Below are positions 49,597-59,030 of a DNA stretch of 64,000 bases, one piece after another. The stretch covers positions 591 through 64,590 of the forward strand of contig JAUXXW010000201.1 in NCBI GenBank assembly GCA_030684775.1, written 5' to 3'. The notes under the pieces were generated by a model. The model saw only the letters and a list, made by a program, of their open reading frames with translations, had not been told where the DNA came from and ran no database searches. Position numbers and translations under genes: made by a program. Source of the DNA: Pseudomonadota bacterium. Its GTDB lineage: Bacteria > Pseudomonadota > Gammaproteobacteria > Burkholderiales > Thiobacillaceae. The first letter of the stretch is position 1, and each line of letters starts with the position of its first letter.

Positions 49597-50541
49597 TCAC
49601 CCCAACGCCAGAACCAGCCCCAGCAGTACCGGCTGCAAGTGCGCGGCGACGATGGTCATCTGAAGGGCCGGAGCCAGTTGTGCCGGCTCGTCGGCATGTT
49701 GCGACAACAGCCGCCCGGCCTTGAGCGCGGGCAACACCGCCAGCAAGGAAACCAGCGCCAGCGCCGGCAGCCAGCCGCTCGCCACCAGCCAGAGCTGCGT
49801 CAACACGGCGGCGGCGAGAATCAGCCAGTAACCACGAGCCGCCACAGTCGGCTCCAGGCGCGCCACCCAGTGCAGCTTGCCCGCCTGAATGTCGGCGGCG
49901 CGGTCCGGGAACTGGTTGATGTAAAGGATGTTGGTCACCAGCAGGGCATAAGGCAGGCCGATCAGCCAGGGAGCCAGCGACAGGGCGCCGCGCTGCACGA
50001 AATCCGCGCCGGCGACGATGAGCAGAAAGCCCGCCGCCACACACGCCTCGCCCAGACCGCGGCTGTTCAGCTTGAGCGGCGGCGCCGAGTACGCCCAGCC
50101 GATCAGCAAACCGGCCAGGCCGATCCAGAACAACCCGGTGCCGCGCGTCTCGATCAACCAGAGGCCGCCGACGATCACCCCGGCGAACAGCACCAGGCCG
50201 TAGAGCAGCGTCTGCCGGGGCGACATCACCCCGTTCTGAATGAAGCGGGAACCGCCAGTGAAGGGAAACAGACGATCCACATTGGCCTCATCGGTGCCGT
50301 TCAGGTGGTCGTAGTAATCGTTGAACACGTTCACGCCGGCCTGGGCCGCCACCGCCAGGAGCAGGGTCAGCAAGGCGAGCGGCCAGGAAAACGCCGTCTC
50401 CAGTGCGGTGGCGAAGCCCAGCAGACAGCCGGCCAGCGCAATGGTGAGAAACGCCGGCCGCGTCGCCAGCAGATAGCGTTTGACCGGGTTGGCGAGGGCT
50501 TCGGGGGTCGGCTCCAGCGGCGCGGCGGCGGCTTTGCTCAC
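49597..50541 (-). CDS. UbiA-superfamily prenyltransferase (MenA-like)
   Basis: [14 protein letters not shown] and [16 protein letters not shown] (the two Asp-rich motifs) with about 8 TM segments. GTG 50541 overlaps the ruvC stop (GTGA). Confidence 0.75.
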   Translation of the reverse strand: MSKAAAAPLEPTPEALANPVKRYLLATRPAFLTIALAGCLLGFATALETAFSWPLALLTLLLAVAAQAGVNVFNDYYDHLNGTDEANVDRLFPFTGGSRFIQNGVMSPRQTLLYGLVLFAGVIVGGLWLIETRGTGLFWIGLAGLLIGWAYSAPPLKLNSRGLGEACVAAGFLLIVAGADFVQRGALSLAPWLIGLPYALLVTNILYINQFPDRAADIQAGKLHWVARLEPTVAARGYWLILAAAVLTQLWLVASGWLPALALVSLLAVLPALKAGRLLSQHADEPAQLAPALQMTIVAAHLQPVLLGLVLALG

Positions 50542-51056
50542 AGCATTCTCCCGGCGCGGCGACGCCGCGCGACCGTCATCAAGCCTGCCAGGCCCATACC
50601 GCCGTGGGCATGGCAGATCGCGCAAGCCAGCGCATCGGCGGAATCCGAGCGCGGCTCGGTGGGAAGGTTGAGGAGTCGTTTCACCATATTCATCACCTGC
50701 TGTTTTTCGGCGTGGCCGTTACCCACAACCGCCTGTTTCACCTGCAACGCGGTGTACTCGAACACCGGCTGCCCCGCCGAAGTCAGCGCCGCGATCGCCG
50801 CCCCGCGCGCCTGCCCAAGCAACAAGGTGGACTGCGGATTGACGTTGACGAACACCTTTTCGATGGCGGCGACCTCGGGGCGGAACTGCTCCAGCACTTC
50901 CATCACCCCCTCGAAAATGATCTTGATGCGCCCCGGCAATTCCCCGGTCTCGGTGCGAATCACCCCGCTCGCCACATACGTCAGCGTCTGGCCGACCTTG
51001 TCGATGACGCCATAGCCGGTGACGCGGAGACCGGGATCGAGACCGAGGAGTCTCAT
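50538..51056 (-). CDS. ruvC: Holliday junction resolvase RuvC
   Basis: [19 protein letters not shown]..., 172 aa. Confidence 0.95.
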   Translation of the reverse strand: MRLLGLDPGLRVTGYGVIDKVGQTLTYVASGVIRTETGELPGRIKIIFEGVMEVLEQFRPEVAAIEKVFVNVNPQSTLLLGQARGAAIAALTSAGQPVFEYTALQVKQAVVGNGHAEKQQVMNMVKRLLNLPTEPRSDSADALACAICHAHGGMGLAGLMTVARRRRAGRML

Positions 51057-51075
51057 GAGGCGCGCGGCGCCGACT

Positions 51076-51807
51076 TCAATCGTCCGGCAGAATCGCCGAC
51101 GTGAACACTTCCTGCACGTCGTCGAGGTCGTCGAGCATGTCCAGCATCTTCTGGAACTTGAGCACGTCGTCGCCGCTGACCTCGGTTTCGTTCAATGCCT
51201 TCATCGCCAACTCGGCCATCACCGTGGTGCAACCGGCGGCGTCCAGGGCTTCCTTCACCGTGGCCAGATCGTTGGTGGGCGCGGTGATGACTTCGATGGA
51301 ACCGTCCTCGTTGCTCACCACGTCTTCGGCGCCGGCTTCCAGGGCGACTTCCATCACCTTGTCCTCATCGGCGCCGGGCGCCAGGATGATCTGGCCGCAA
51401 TACTGGAACTGGAACACCACGGAACCATCGGTGCCGAGGTTGCCGCCGCACTTGTTGAAGGCGTGGCGCACGTCCGCCACGGTGCGCACCCGGTTGTCGG
51501 TCATGCAATCGACGATCACCGCCGCGCCGCCGGGGCCGTAGCCCTCGTAGCGGATTTCCTCGTAGTTGACGCCCTCCAGTTCACCGGTGCCGCGCTTGGT
51601 GGCGTTCTCGATGTTGTCCTTGGGCATCGACTCCGCCTTGGCCTTTTCGATCGCCAGGCGCAGACGCGGGTTGAAGCTGGGGTCACCGCCGCCCATGCGC
51701 GCGGCGACCGTGATTTCCTTGATCAGCTTGGTGAATGCCTTGCCGCGCTTGGCGTCCTGACGCCCTTTGCGGTGCTGAATGTTTGCCCATTTGGAATGAC
51801 CGGCCAT
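51076..51807 (-). CDS. yebC: YebC/PmpR family DNA-binding transcriptional regulator
   Basis: [32 protein letters not shown]..., 243 aa. Conserved position upstream of ruvC. Confidence 0.9.
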   Translation of the reverse strand: MAGHSKWANIQHRKGRQDAKRGKAFTKLIKEITVAARMGGGDPSFNPRLRLAIEKAKAESMPKDNIENATKRGTGELEGVNYEEIRYEGYGPGGAAVIVDCMTDNRVRTVADVRHAFNKCGGNLGTDGSVVFQFQYCGQIILAPGADEDKVMEVALEAGAEDVVSNEDGSIEVITAPTNDLATVKEALDAAGCTTVMAELAMKALNETEVSGDDVLKFQKMLDMLDDLDDVQEVFTSAILPDD

Positions 51808-51988
51808 GATTCTGCGCCTCGAAAAAACCAAGAAATTGAAGGCGGCGATGTTACCACCGCGCCCGCCCTCCCCGCCCCGGCACGCGCATCTGTAACCGGT
51901 TTGAAACCGGCATGACCCTATACAGAAAGCGGAAATAACAGCGGCGCCCCGGAACGGGGTGTCGTGGCGCTTGTACAAGGAGATCACC

Positions 51989-52657
51989 ATGAAACGCACA
52001 CGCTTTATTACCGCGCTCGTCGGCATCGGCATCCTGTTGGCCAGCGCGACGGTCGCCGCCGCCGGCAGCGCCCAGGCCGGTTCGGCCAAGTCCATGTTCT
52101 GTAGCGGTTGCCACGGCGTCGATGGCAACGTCACCTATCCCAGCGTCCGCATGGCGGGCCAATCCACCCAGCGCCTCGGCCAGAGCCTGACGGACTTCAA
52201 AACCGGGCGCCGCTTCCACCCGGTGATGAACATCCTCTCGGTGGGCCTGACCCAGCAAGACATGGACGACCTCGCCATGTTCTACGCCGCCCAGAAACCG
52301 CTCAGCCTGGAACACGCCAGCCTCTACTGGCGCCTGGGTGGGCATGACGCCATCAACGCGGCGGTGGATGAAACCATCAGGATTTCCAAAGCCGACCCAC
52401 GTCTGGCCGGACGCCTCACCGGCGCCTGCGCGCCGCAATTGAAAACACAACTCTGCGCCGCCACCGGCGGACCCTGCACCTACACCGGCCGTGACATGAA
52501 AACCGCGCACAAGGGCCTGAACATCACGAACGCCGAATTCGGTGCCGTCGCGCAAAACCTGGTCAGTGTTCTCGACGCCTTCAAGGTGCCCGAGAAGGAG
52601 AAAAACGAACTGGTCGGCCTGATCGCGCCGATGCAGGGAGTGATCGTGGGGCAATAA
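51989..52657 (+). CDS. Secreted fusion protein: class I c-type cytochrome domain plus group 1 truncated hemoglobin domain
   Basis: SD AAGGAGA. Signal peptide [35 protein letters not shown] heme-c motif with a distal HPVM. Then [18 protein letters not shown]...[25 protein letters not shown], resembling trHbN. Confidence 0.7.
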   Translation: MKRTRFITALVGIGILLASATVAAAGSAQAGSAKSMFCSGCHGVDGNVTYPSVRMAGQSTQRLGQSLTDFKTGRRFHPVMNILSVGLTQQDMDDLAMFYAAQKPLSLEHASLYWRLGGHDAINAAVDETIRISKADPRLAGRLTGACAPQLKTQLCAATGGPCTYTGRDMKTAHKGLNITNAEFGAVAQNLVSVLDAFKVPEKEKNELVGLIAPMQGVIVGQ

Positions 52658-52663
52658 CGAGAA

Positions 52664-54742
52664 TTACGGCAGTCGCGCCTGTGCGGCCAGCCGCAAGAGG
52701 CTTGCGCCGGGCCGGATGGAAAGTTCTCCGGCCAGCGCGGTCTCGATCTCGCGGAACGAGGTCAGTGCCTTGCCGGGGTGGCCCAGTTTCAGATAGCACG
52801 TCATCAAACGCTCCGCTGTCCGCTCATCAAGCGGATCAAGGTAGTGACCGCGTTCCAGGTAGGCCACGGCCTGTTCCAGTTCCTCGTGTGTGGCGGCCTG
52901 GTCGGCCAGGGCACGGGCGAGGCTCAGGAAGGTTTCGCGCAAGCGCTGGCGGTGGTCGCTGATCCAGAGCTGGCTGTCGTCGCCGGCCAGGAAATCGTCT
53001 TCGTAGAGGTCGAGCGCGCGCAGCAAAGCCGGCGTGTCGGGCGGACGCCCGCGCAGGGCGGTTTTCGCGCTTTCCTGGAAGATGAGGGCATCGACACCGA
53101 CCACGCCGCTGGCCAGTGACAGTTGGCCGTTGTGCATGAGCAGCCAGGGCAGCGCGGTTTCACCGCGTTCCGTGCCCAACTGGCGCAGACGCCAGGCCGC
53201 CACTTTCAGGTTGTTGCGCGTCTGGTCACCGTCGGCATCCGGCCACAACAGCTTGGCCAGCGTGTCCGCCGAGACCTTGCGCCCGCCCAATACCACCAGC
53301 GACTTGAGCAGGCTTTTCGCACGCTCGCCGCGCCAGTCGCGGTCGTAAAGCAGACGCGCCCCCACCCGCACGCGCAGCTCGCCGAGCGTGTGGATGGCGA
53401 CGGGATAGCGATCGCAAGGCAGATCGGCGGCCTTGCCGGCGGGAACCAGCAAGGCGAGCAGTTGCGCCAGATAGTCGGCGGGGCGGTGGAACAGCACCAG
53501 GCTCTCGCCGCGCGGCAGCAGGCGGCGGGTATATTCCAGCGCGGCGCGGGCGCGGTCGGGCTGGCCCTGGCGGACATGCGCCACGGCCATTTCCACCGCC
53601 GCGTTGCTGGCGATGCTCATGTGGCCCACCGCCTGCCATTTCGGCAGCCAGGCATCGGCCAGGGCCAGGGCGCCGTCGTAATCGCCCAGGTCCACCCGCG
53701 CCTGCACTTCCAGCAAGACCGGCATGGTCTGGGCCACCGGGCTCCAGGTCGGCTGTCCCAGGGTGCGCGATTCGCGTGCGTGCGCCAGGGCGGTGGCCGG
53801 CCGCCCGAGCAGCAAATCGGCCAGCCCCAGGCTCATGTGCAGATAGGCGTGATAGAAGGCGTTGCCCGCCGGCACCAGGCGTTTGCGCATACGCGCACCC
53901 AGTGCTTCCACCGCGATCTCGTCGCCTTCCAGGGCGGCGGCATAAACCAGATTGGAGAGCGCGGTCAGCCAGGGAATCGGCGGCAGGTTGTCGAAACCGG
54001 GCTGGCGCGCGTCGTCCAGCAACAGATGCCGCGCGGCCACGGGATCGCCGCGCAAAGTCAGGAACAGGCACAGGCTGGTACGCAGGAACAACCCGGCCAG
54101 GTAAGGCGTGCCGGGTCGACAGGCGAGGTCGGAGGCATCGTTCAACAACACCTCGGCGCTGGCGAATTCGCCCGCCCATAACAGGGCGTAGGTCTCGAAC
54201 GTGGCCTGGAACAAACGTAGCGGCAACGAGCGCGCCACGTCCGCCGCCTCCCGACAGGCCGCGAAACTGGCGCGAGCCTGCATGATGCCGGCGCCGCTCA
54301 CCATTTCCGTGGCCGCCGCATAGCCCAGCATGGCCGCGCGCGGCAGGGCTGCGGGGGCGGGTGCGGCGCCCAGCAATTGCCGGCAACGGGTCAGCCAGGG
54401 CGACAGACGGCGAAGATCGTCGCCGCTTTGCCAGATGTCGGCCAGCGCGGCGGCCACCGTGACGGCGGCGGCATCCACATCCTGCTCGCACTGGAAACGC
54501 TCGAACCAGGCGCCATAGCCGGCCTGATCCAGGCTCTGGCCGAGGACTTCGTCGAGGAAGCCCAGGCGCAACGGCAGGGCCTCCCCCGCCTCGCGCAACG
54601 CCGCCAGATGCGCCGCCAGACGGACGCCATCGAACTCGCACCACCAGCCCAGCGCCGCGTCGGCCAAGTCAGGCTGTGGCGCAGCCGTTCGGCTCACCGT
54701 CTGATGTGGGCTGGAATTCGGCAATGTGGAAGCGTGGCTCAT
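52664..54742 (-). CDS. BTAD/SARP-type transcriptional regulator with N-terminal helical-repeat domain (inverted domain order)
   Basis: The C-terminal ~250 aa are an OmpR-type winged helix (LGELRVRV...LLKSLVVLGGRKVSADTLAKLLWPD...AAWRLRQ) plus a BTAD (LDLYEDDFLAGD...LMTCYLKLGHPGKALTSFREI). The N-terminal ~440 aa are Ala/Leu-rich and TPR-like. I chose the start at ATG 54742, because the longer ORF begins inside a MITE. Confidence 0.7.
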   Translation of the reverse strand: MSHASTLPNSSPHQTVSRTAAPQPDLADAALGWWCEFDGVRLAAHLAALREAGEALPLRLGFLDEVLGQSLDQAGYGAWFERFQCEQDVDAAAVTVAAALADIWQSGDDLRRLSPWLTRCRQLLGAAPAPAALPRAAMLGYAAATEMVSGAGIMQARASFAACREAADVARSLPLRLFQATFETYALLWAGEFASAEVLLNDASDLACRPGTPYLAGLFLRTSLCLFLTLRGDPVAARHLLLDDARQPGFDNLPPIPWLTALSNLVYAAALEGDEIAVEALGARMRKRLVPAGNAFYHAYLHMSLGLADLLLGRPATALAHARESRTLGQPTWSPVAQTMPVLLEVQARVDLGDYDGALALADAWLPKWQAVGHMSIASNAAVEMAVAHVRQGQPDRARAALEYTRRLLPRGESLVLFHRPADYLAQLLALLVPAGKAADLPCDRYPVAIHTLGELRVRVGARLLYDRDWRGERAKSLLKSLVVLGGRKVSADTLAKLLWPDADGDQTRNNLKVAAWRLRQLGTERGETALPWLLMHNGQLSLASGVVGVDALIFQESAKTALRGRPPDTPALLRALDLYEDDFLAGDDSQLWISDHRQRLRETFLSLARALADQAATHEELEQAVAYLERGHYLDPLDERTAERLMTCYLKLGHPGKALTSFREIETALAGELSIRPGASLLRLAAQARLP

Positions 54743-54763
54743 GGCTTTTCCCTGTGCCTCCAG

Positions 54764-54930
54764 CTTAGGGGCCGTAAACAAATAACTAGAACGTTCTGGC
54801 CACGTTGACGGGCGCGCCGCTGCGTTGCCGGTCGCTTACAGGGAACGGCCATGCCGCGCGCCCGGCGTCTTGCGGCACATCCCGCCAGCACGCCCATAAT
54901 CGTCCAAGCTATTCATTTACGGCCCCTTAG
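54764..54930. mobile_element. MITE-like element F, copy 2
   Basis: The TIRs are cttaggggccgtaaa and tttacggccccttag. The internal sequence is the reverse complement of 36241-36404 with scattered substitutions. Confidence 0.8.
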
Positions 54931-55048
54931 TCCAGTCGCCGATGGGCGGCGGCGCGCGGATTGGTGCGCGCGGCGCACTCTACAACCGAGCGGCGGATCG
55001 CGCCCTTACTCGGAAGCCGTGAATATTTCCAATACCGCCACCAAAGCA

Positions 55049-55087
55049 ACCGTCATTCCCGCCCGCGCGGGAATGACGGTTTTTCTT
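55049..55087. terminator. Hairpin terminator (REP-like GTCATTCCCGC palindrome) downstream of the mscS-family gene
   Basis: accgtcattcccgc-ccgc-gcgggaatgacggt followed by tttttctt on the plus strand. On the minus strand it lies just 3' of the channel gene stop (55094). Confidence 0.6.
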
Positions 55088-55093
55088 GCACCA

Positions 55094-56422
55094 TCAACTT
55101 TTCACGGACGCGCCGGACGTCAACACCTCCAGCCCGCTACGGATATGCAAATCGCGCTGGGGATAGGGGATGGTGATGCCGGCGGCCTTGAAGGCGCGCC
55201 AGATGGCCAGGTTGATGTCCGAACGCACAATCGCCAGGCCGGCCTCGGGGTCCTGAATCCACACCCGCAGTTCCAGTTCGATGCCGTTGTCGCCGAAGCT
55301 CATCAGCCGTGTGCCGGGCGGCGGGTCGGCAAGCACGCGGGGATTGGCCTTGGCGGCTTCCATCAACAAGGCGAGCGCTTGTTCCGGATCGTTGTCGTAG
55401 CTGATGGACACCGGAATCTTCAGGCGCACATTGCGATCGGTGTAGCTCCAGTTGATTACCTCGGTGGTAATCAGGGTCTCGTTGGGGATCAGCCGCTCGA
55501 CGCCGTCGCGATCCTTCACCACCACGTAGCGGGCGTGCAGTTCCTGCACCCAGCCGAATTTATCGCCGATGGTGATGACGTCGCCCGGGCGAATGGAGCG
55601 GTCGAACAGGACGATGAAGCCACTGATGAAGTTGCTGGCGATGCGTTGCAGGCCGAAGCCGAGGCCGACACCCACCGCGCCGCCGAACACCGCCAGGGCG
55701 GTGAGATCGATACCGACCATGTTGAGCGCCAGCAGGAGAGCCACGACCAGCAGCGCGAACTTGCTCAGCTTGACCAGGGCCACCTTCATGCTGGCGTTGA
55801 CATATTCGGCCTGGCCGATGCGGCTCTCGATGAGCCGCGACAGCCACAACGCCAACACCCACAACAGGACCACGGCAAAGACCAGTTTGCCGACCACGAG
55901 CACGGAAATCCGGTTGTCGCCCACCCGCAAGGCCACCCCATCGAGGCCTTCCAGCACGGCGGGCAGCCAGCCGAGCAGATGCAGGGCGACGATGATCCAC
56001 GCCGAACTGGAAATAAGCCCTTCCCAGGCTTTGACCGCCGGGCCGGGGCGGAATGTCTTGCGCAGGAAGTACACCGCGAAACGGATGGTGGCCAGGGAAG
56101 CAAGCAGAGGAACAGCCAGGTTGAGCAACTCGACATGATGTCCCATGCCGCCCAGCATGGCCCTTCCCGCCAGCACGCCCAGGAGCATGCTGAGAGGAAA
56201 GAGAAGGCGCTGAATGCTACTCAGGGTCAGCCGCTGAAGCGTGTATTCCGCGCTGCCCACCGAGCGTTGCCCCAGACTCTGGCCGAGTGTGCGGTGCACC
56301 AAAAAGGCACCCGCCGCGGCCAGCGATAACATGCCGACCTGCCACCAGAAGCTGGGTGACCCAGGCTGCGCCAGCCAGCTATCCAGCAGGATGCTTACAT
56401 CAGCGGGAAGGGCAAATGTCAT
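55094..56422 (-). CDS. Mechanosensitive ion channel family protein (MscS-like, extended N-terminal TM region)
   Basis: GVGLGFGLQRIASNFISGFIVLFDRSIRPGDVITIG is the MscS pore-helix/beta-domain signature. 442 aa. Confidence 0.85.
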   Translation of the reverse strand: MTFALPADVSILLDSWLAQPGSPSFWWQVGMLSLAAAGAFLVHRTLGQSLGQRSVGSAEYTLQRLTLSSIQRLLFPLSMLLGVLAGRAMLGGMGHHVELLNLAVPLLASLATIRFAVYFLRKTFRPGPAVKAWEGLISSSAWIIVALHLLGWLPAVLEGLDGVALRVGDNRISVLVVGKLVFAVVLLWVLALWLSRLIESRIGQAEYVNASMKVALVKLSKFALLVVALLLALNMVGIDLTALAVFGGAVGVGLGFGLQRIASNFISGFIVLFDRSIRPGDVITIGDKFGWVQELHARYVVVKDRDGVERLIPNETLITTEVINWSYTDRNVRLKIPVSISYDNDPEQALALLMEAAKANPRVLADPPPGTRLMSFGDNGIELELRVWIQDPEAGLAIVRSDINLAIWRAFKAAGITIPYPQRDLHIRSGLEVLTSGASVKS

Positions 56423-56494
56423 GTCGAATCTTCACGGGTTGGACTCCCCTGAACATACCGGAAACCAACAACATGACACCAGTAGCAAGCCGAT

Positions 56495-57712
56495 CTACTT
56501 GGGCCTCGGCGCCAATTCCTTCAGGCCCGGTCGAGTGTCGACATCCTGCGGCTCAGGCTTCCAGTTCAGCTTGCAGTCGTGCTCGAAGGCGGGGCTGGTG
56601 ATGCCGTCGGCGCCCGGCCGCCGGCGGACTTCGCAGTTGAGGAACACCGGCAGGGGGCCGGGACAGTCGCAGTGGTAACGATCCACCGTGAGCTGGTCGG
56701 TGATCGAAATGCCTTTTTCCCGTTCCAGTATCTTCAGGCGCTCCAGCAGGCTGCCCTTGCCCGGTTCCAGCTTGCCCTGGTCGGTGCGCTCGAAATACAG
56801 CGTGCGCGGTTCATAGCCGTTGCGTACCCGTACCGGGTTTTCGTAACGCTCGACAGTGCGCGCCTCGCCCAGCAGGGTGCCGGCGCTGTCCGGATCGCCA
56901 TAGCGGGTATGGCCGAACTCGTGGGAGAGGATGGCGTGCGGGTCGACCAGTTCGTCGCTGCTGGGGAAGTGGCAACGCAAGCCGGCGTCGCCCAGGCCGA
57001 TGCCGCCCGGTTGCGCCATCGCCCCCGGCCCGGCATAGGCGCCGAACTTGAACACCTGGGCATCCTCGGCGAATTGGCCGGCCTCGGTCAGGCGGCCGGT
57101 CAGCAATTGCGAGAGCTTGGGTATGCGGCCGCTCTCAAGTCGATCGCCGGGCCGCCCCAAGATCGACTTGGCCCCCACGGGGGGCGGCTCGGGCGATTTT
57201 CCCGAGCCGGGGGCACTGCTGAGGGCGCGCCGCCACAGCGCCTGGTCGTATTCCAGATAGCCCTTGTTGAACAGGCGCAGGGTGTCGTCCGCCACCTCGC
57301 GAAACCACACCGCGCCGGCATCACTCAGAGCGAAACGTTCGAGCAATTCGATATGCTGCGGCAGCAACGCGAGGGTGCGGGTGTTGACCTCGCCCTTGTG
57401 CGCGAAGTTGAGCCGCCGCGCCAATGCGAAATGTTCCGCTCGACGCGCGCTCTCCGCTTCGGCGTTCGCCGGTGGCAGCGCCCGCCGCCCGGCCAGTGGC
57501 CGCGCATTTGCCTCCCCACCCGGCGCACAGAGCAGGACGATCTCGCCACCCGCCTGCCAGGGTTGCGCCAACTCGTGTTGCAGATCGACCTGGCTGTGCC
57601 GCTCCGGCGGCGGCACAAACCCCTCCGGCAGCGCCGGGCACGCAGCCCAGGCGCCGGCCACCAGACAGAATGGCAGGGCCAGAAGCACAAATTTCGCGGC
57701 GTAGGCCAGCAT
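56495..57712 (-). CDS. Secreted hypothetical protein with HExxH motif (putative zinc metallopeptidase)
   Basis: Signal peptide MLAYAAKFVLLALPFCLVAGAWA. The only motif recognised is ILSHEFGHTRYGD. Contains an in-frame core-hairpin element (57121-57195). Confidence 0.5.
   Translation of the reverse strand: MLAYAAKFVLLALPFCLVAGAWAACPALPEGFVPPPERHSQVDLQHELAQPWQAGGEIVLLCAPGGEANARPLAGRRALPPANAEAESARRAEHFALARRLNFAHKGEVNTRTLALLPQHIELLERFALSDAGAVWFREVADDTLRLFNKGYLEYDQALWRRALSSAPGSGKSPEPPPVGAKSILGRPGDRLESGRIPKLSQLLTGRLTEAGQFAEDAQVFKFGAYAGPGAMAQPGGIGLGDAGLRCHFPSSDELVDPHAILSHEFGHTRYGDPDSAGTLLGEARTVERYENPVRVRNGYEPRTLYFERTDQGKLEPGKGSLLERLKILEREKGISITDQLTVDRYHCDCPGPLPVFLNCEVRRRPGADGITSPAFEHDCKLNWKPEPQDVDTRPGLKELAPRPK
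57121..57195. repeat. Core-hairpin element copy (CAAGTCGATC-N15-GATCGACTTG) inside the HExxH protein gene
   Basis: Perfect 10-bp inverted repeat at 57136-57145 / 57161-57170. Translated as KSPEPPPVGAKSILGRPGDRLESGRIP, the same frame and nearly the same peptide as the rlmN 3' copy. Confidence 0.75.
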
Positions 57713-57970
57713 GAGTGGAACCTCGCAATGGTGTTCTTGATAGATATGCGCCTAGCCGGTGCTATGCAAGTCAGCCGGTACGCACGGCACACCCTACAGG
57801 GTTTCTGTTGCACAACTTGTACGGCAAGGCGGCCATGCGCGATGCTGATGCTGCTCGCCAAACGCCGCCGCCCATGTATTGCCGTTGCCGCACAAGCCGG
57901 TGGTGGAAGAGGAAAACCTTCGTTGATCGCTGTCAGCAAGAATGCGTTGCGGATGAACTGTCGCTCACCC

Positions 57971-58879
57971 TCATCTGGCTCCGAATTTGGGTCCCTCGCG
58001 AGCCAGATATTCCAGGAAGGTCGCGGCGGTCAGGCTCAAGTGCTTGCCCTTCAGATGGACCGCATGCCACATCCTGCGCAGCGGAAAACCGACGACGTCG
58101 AGCGCCACGATGCGCCCGGTTTCCTTTTCCAGAGCGAGGCTGCTGGTGGATTGCACCGACACCCCCAGGCCCGCCATGACCGCCTGCTTGATCGACTCGC
58201 TTGACCCCAGCTCCATGTAGATGGAGGGTTTGAGCCCATGTCGAGCAAACAGCCGCTCAGTCGCCGAGCGTGTACCCGAACCGGATTCACGCATCAAAAA
58301 CCGCTCCGCCGCGAATGTTTCCAGCGATATATCGCGCTGTCCGGCCATCGGATGCTCTGGATGCGCGATGGGCTCCAGGATGTTGTCCATGAAGGGGTGA
58401 ACGCTCAGCGCGATGTTGTCCGGCACCTGTCCCATGATTACGAGATCATCTTCGTTGGCCGAGAGTCGTTCGACGATCTGCTCCCGATTGGCCACCTTGA
58501 GCAGGGGCCGAACATCGGGATAGTCGCGCAGAAACTGACCCAGGAAATGCGGTGTGAAGAACTGCGCGGTCGTCACCACGCCGATGTGCAGGGGGCCGGC
58601 CACTTTGCCCTTGATATCCGTCAGCGTGCCGGAGAGCGCGTTCAACTGTGACCTCACCGCCAAAGCGACGGCAAGGACCTCTTTACCGGCGCGGGTAAGC
58701 AGAATTTTCTTGCCCACCACCTCGATCAATGACAAGCCCATGCTCTCTTCCAGACGCTTCACCTGGATATGCACCGCCGGCTGTGTCAGGCACAACTCCT
58801 CCGCCGCGCGGGTGTAACTTTGGTGGCGCGCCACCGCCTCGAAGAGACGGAACTGCTGCAAGGTCCAGTGGTTAATCAT
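57971..58879 (-). CDS. cbbR: LysR-family transcriptional regulator CbbR
   Basis: MINHWTLQQFRLFEAVARHQSYTRAAEELCLTQPAVHIQVKRLEE (LysR HTH). Divergent from cbbL. Confidence 0.85.
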   Translation of the reverse strand: MINHWTLQQFRLFEAVARHQSYTRAAEELCLTQPAVHIQVKRLEESMGLSLIEVVGKKILLTRAGKEVLAVALAVRSQLNALSGTLTDIKGKVAGPLHIGVVTTAQFFTPHFLGQFLRDYPDVRPLLKVANREQIVERLSANEDDLVIMGQVPDNIALSVHPFMDNILEPIAHPEHPMAGQRDISLETFAAERFLMRESGSGTRSATERLFARHGLKPSIYMELGSSESIKQAVMAGLGVSVQSTSSLALEKETGRIVALDVVGFPLRRMWHAVHLKGKHLSLTAATFLEYLAREGPKFGAR

Positions 58880-59030
58880 ATATTTTGCTAATAATGAGAA
58901 TAAGAAATAAAAAGTTCTACTTATGCATTCTGATCTCTAAAGTCGAGCCGATGCAATGCACCAATAGGTTGTGTCTGCAAGGGGGCAGGGTTGTCTGTCC
59001 GCCAACTAACATCTGCGCAAGGAGCAATCA
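58880..59030. promoter_or_regulatory. Divergent cbbR/cbbL control region
   Basis: Markedly AT-rich (taataatgagaataagaaataaaaagttctacttatgcattctga). It carries LysR-type candidate boxes ATAAG-N15-CTTAT and TTA-N7-TGA. The cbbL SD AAGGAG is at 59019-59024. Confidence 0.5.

Noticed and set aside
54851-56329. 492-aa plus-strand ORF beginning MPRARRLAAHPASTPII
   Set aside because: It starts inside MITE-F copy 2, and the same pseudo-peptide is seen at the other copy. It then runs antisense to the MscS-family gene.
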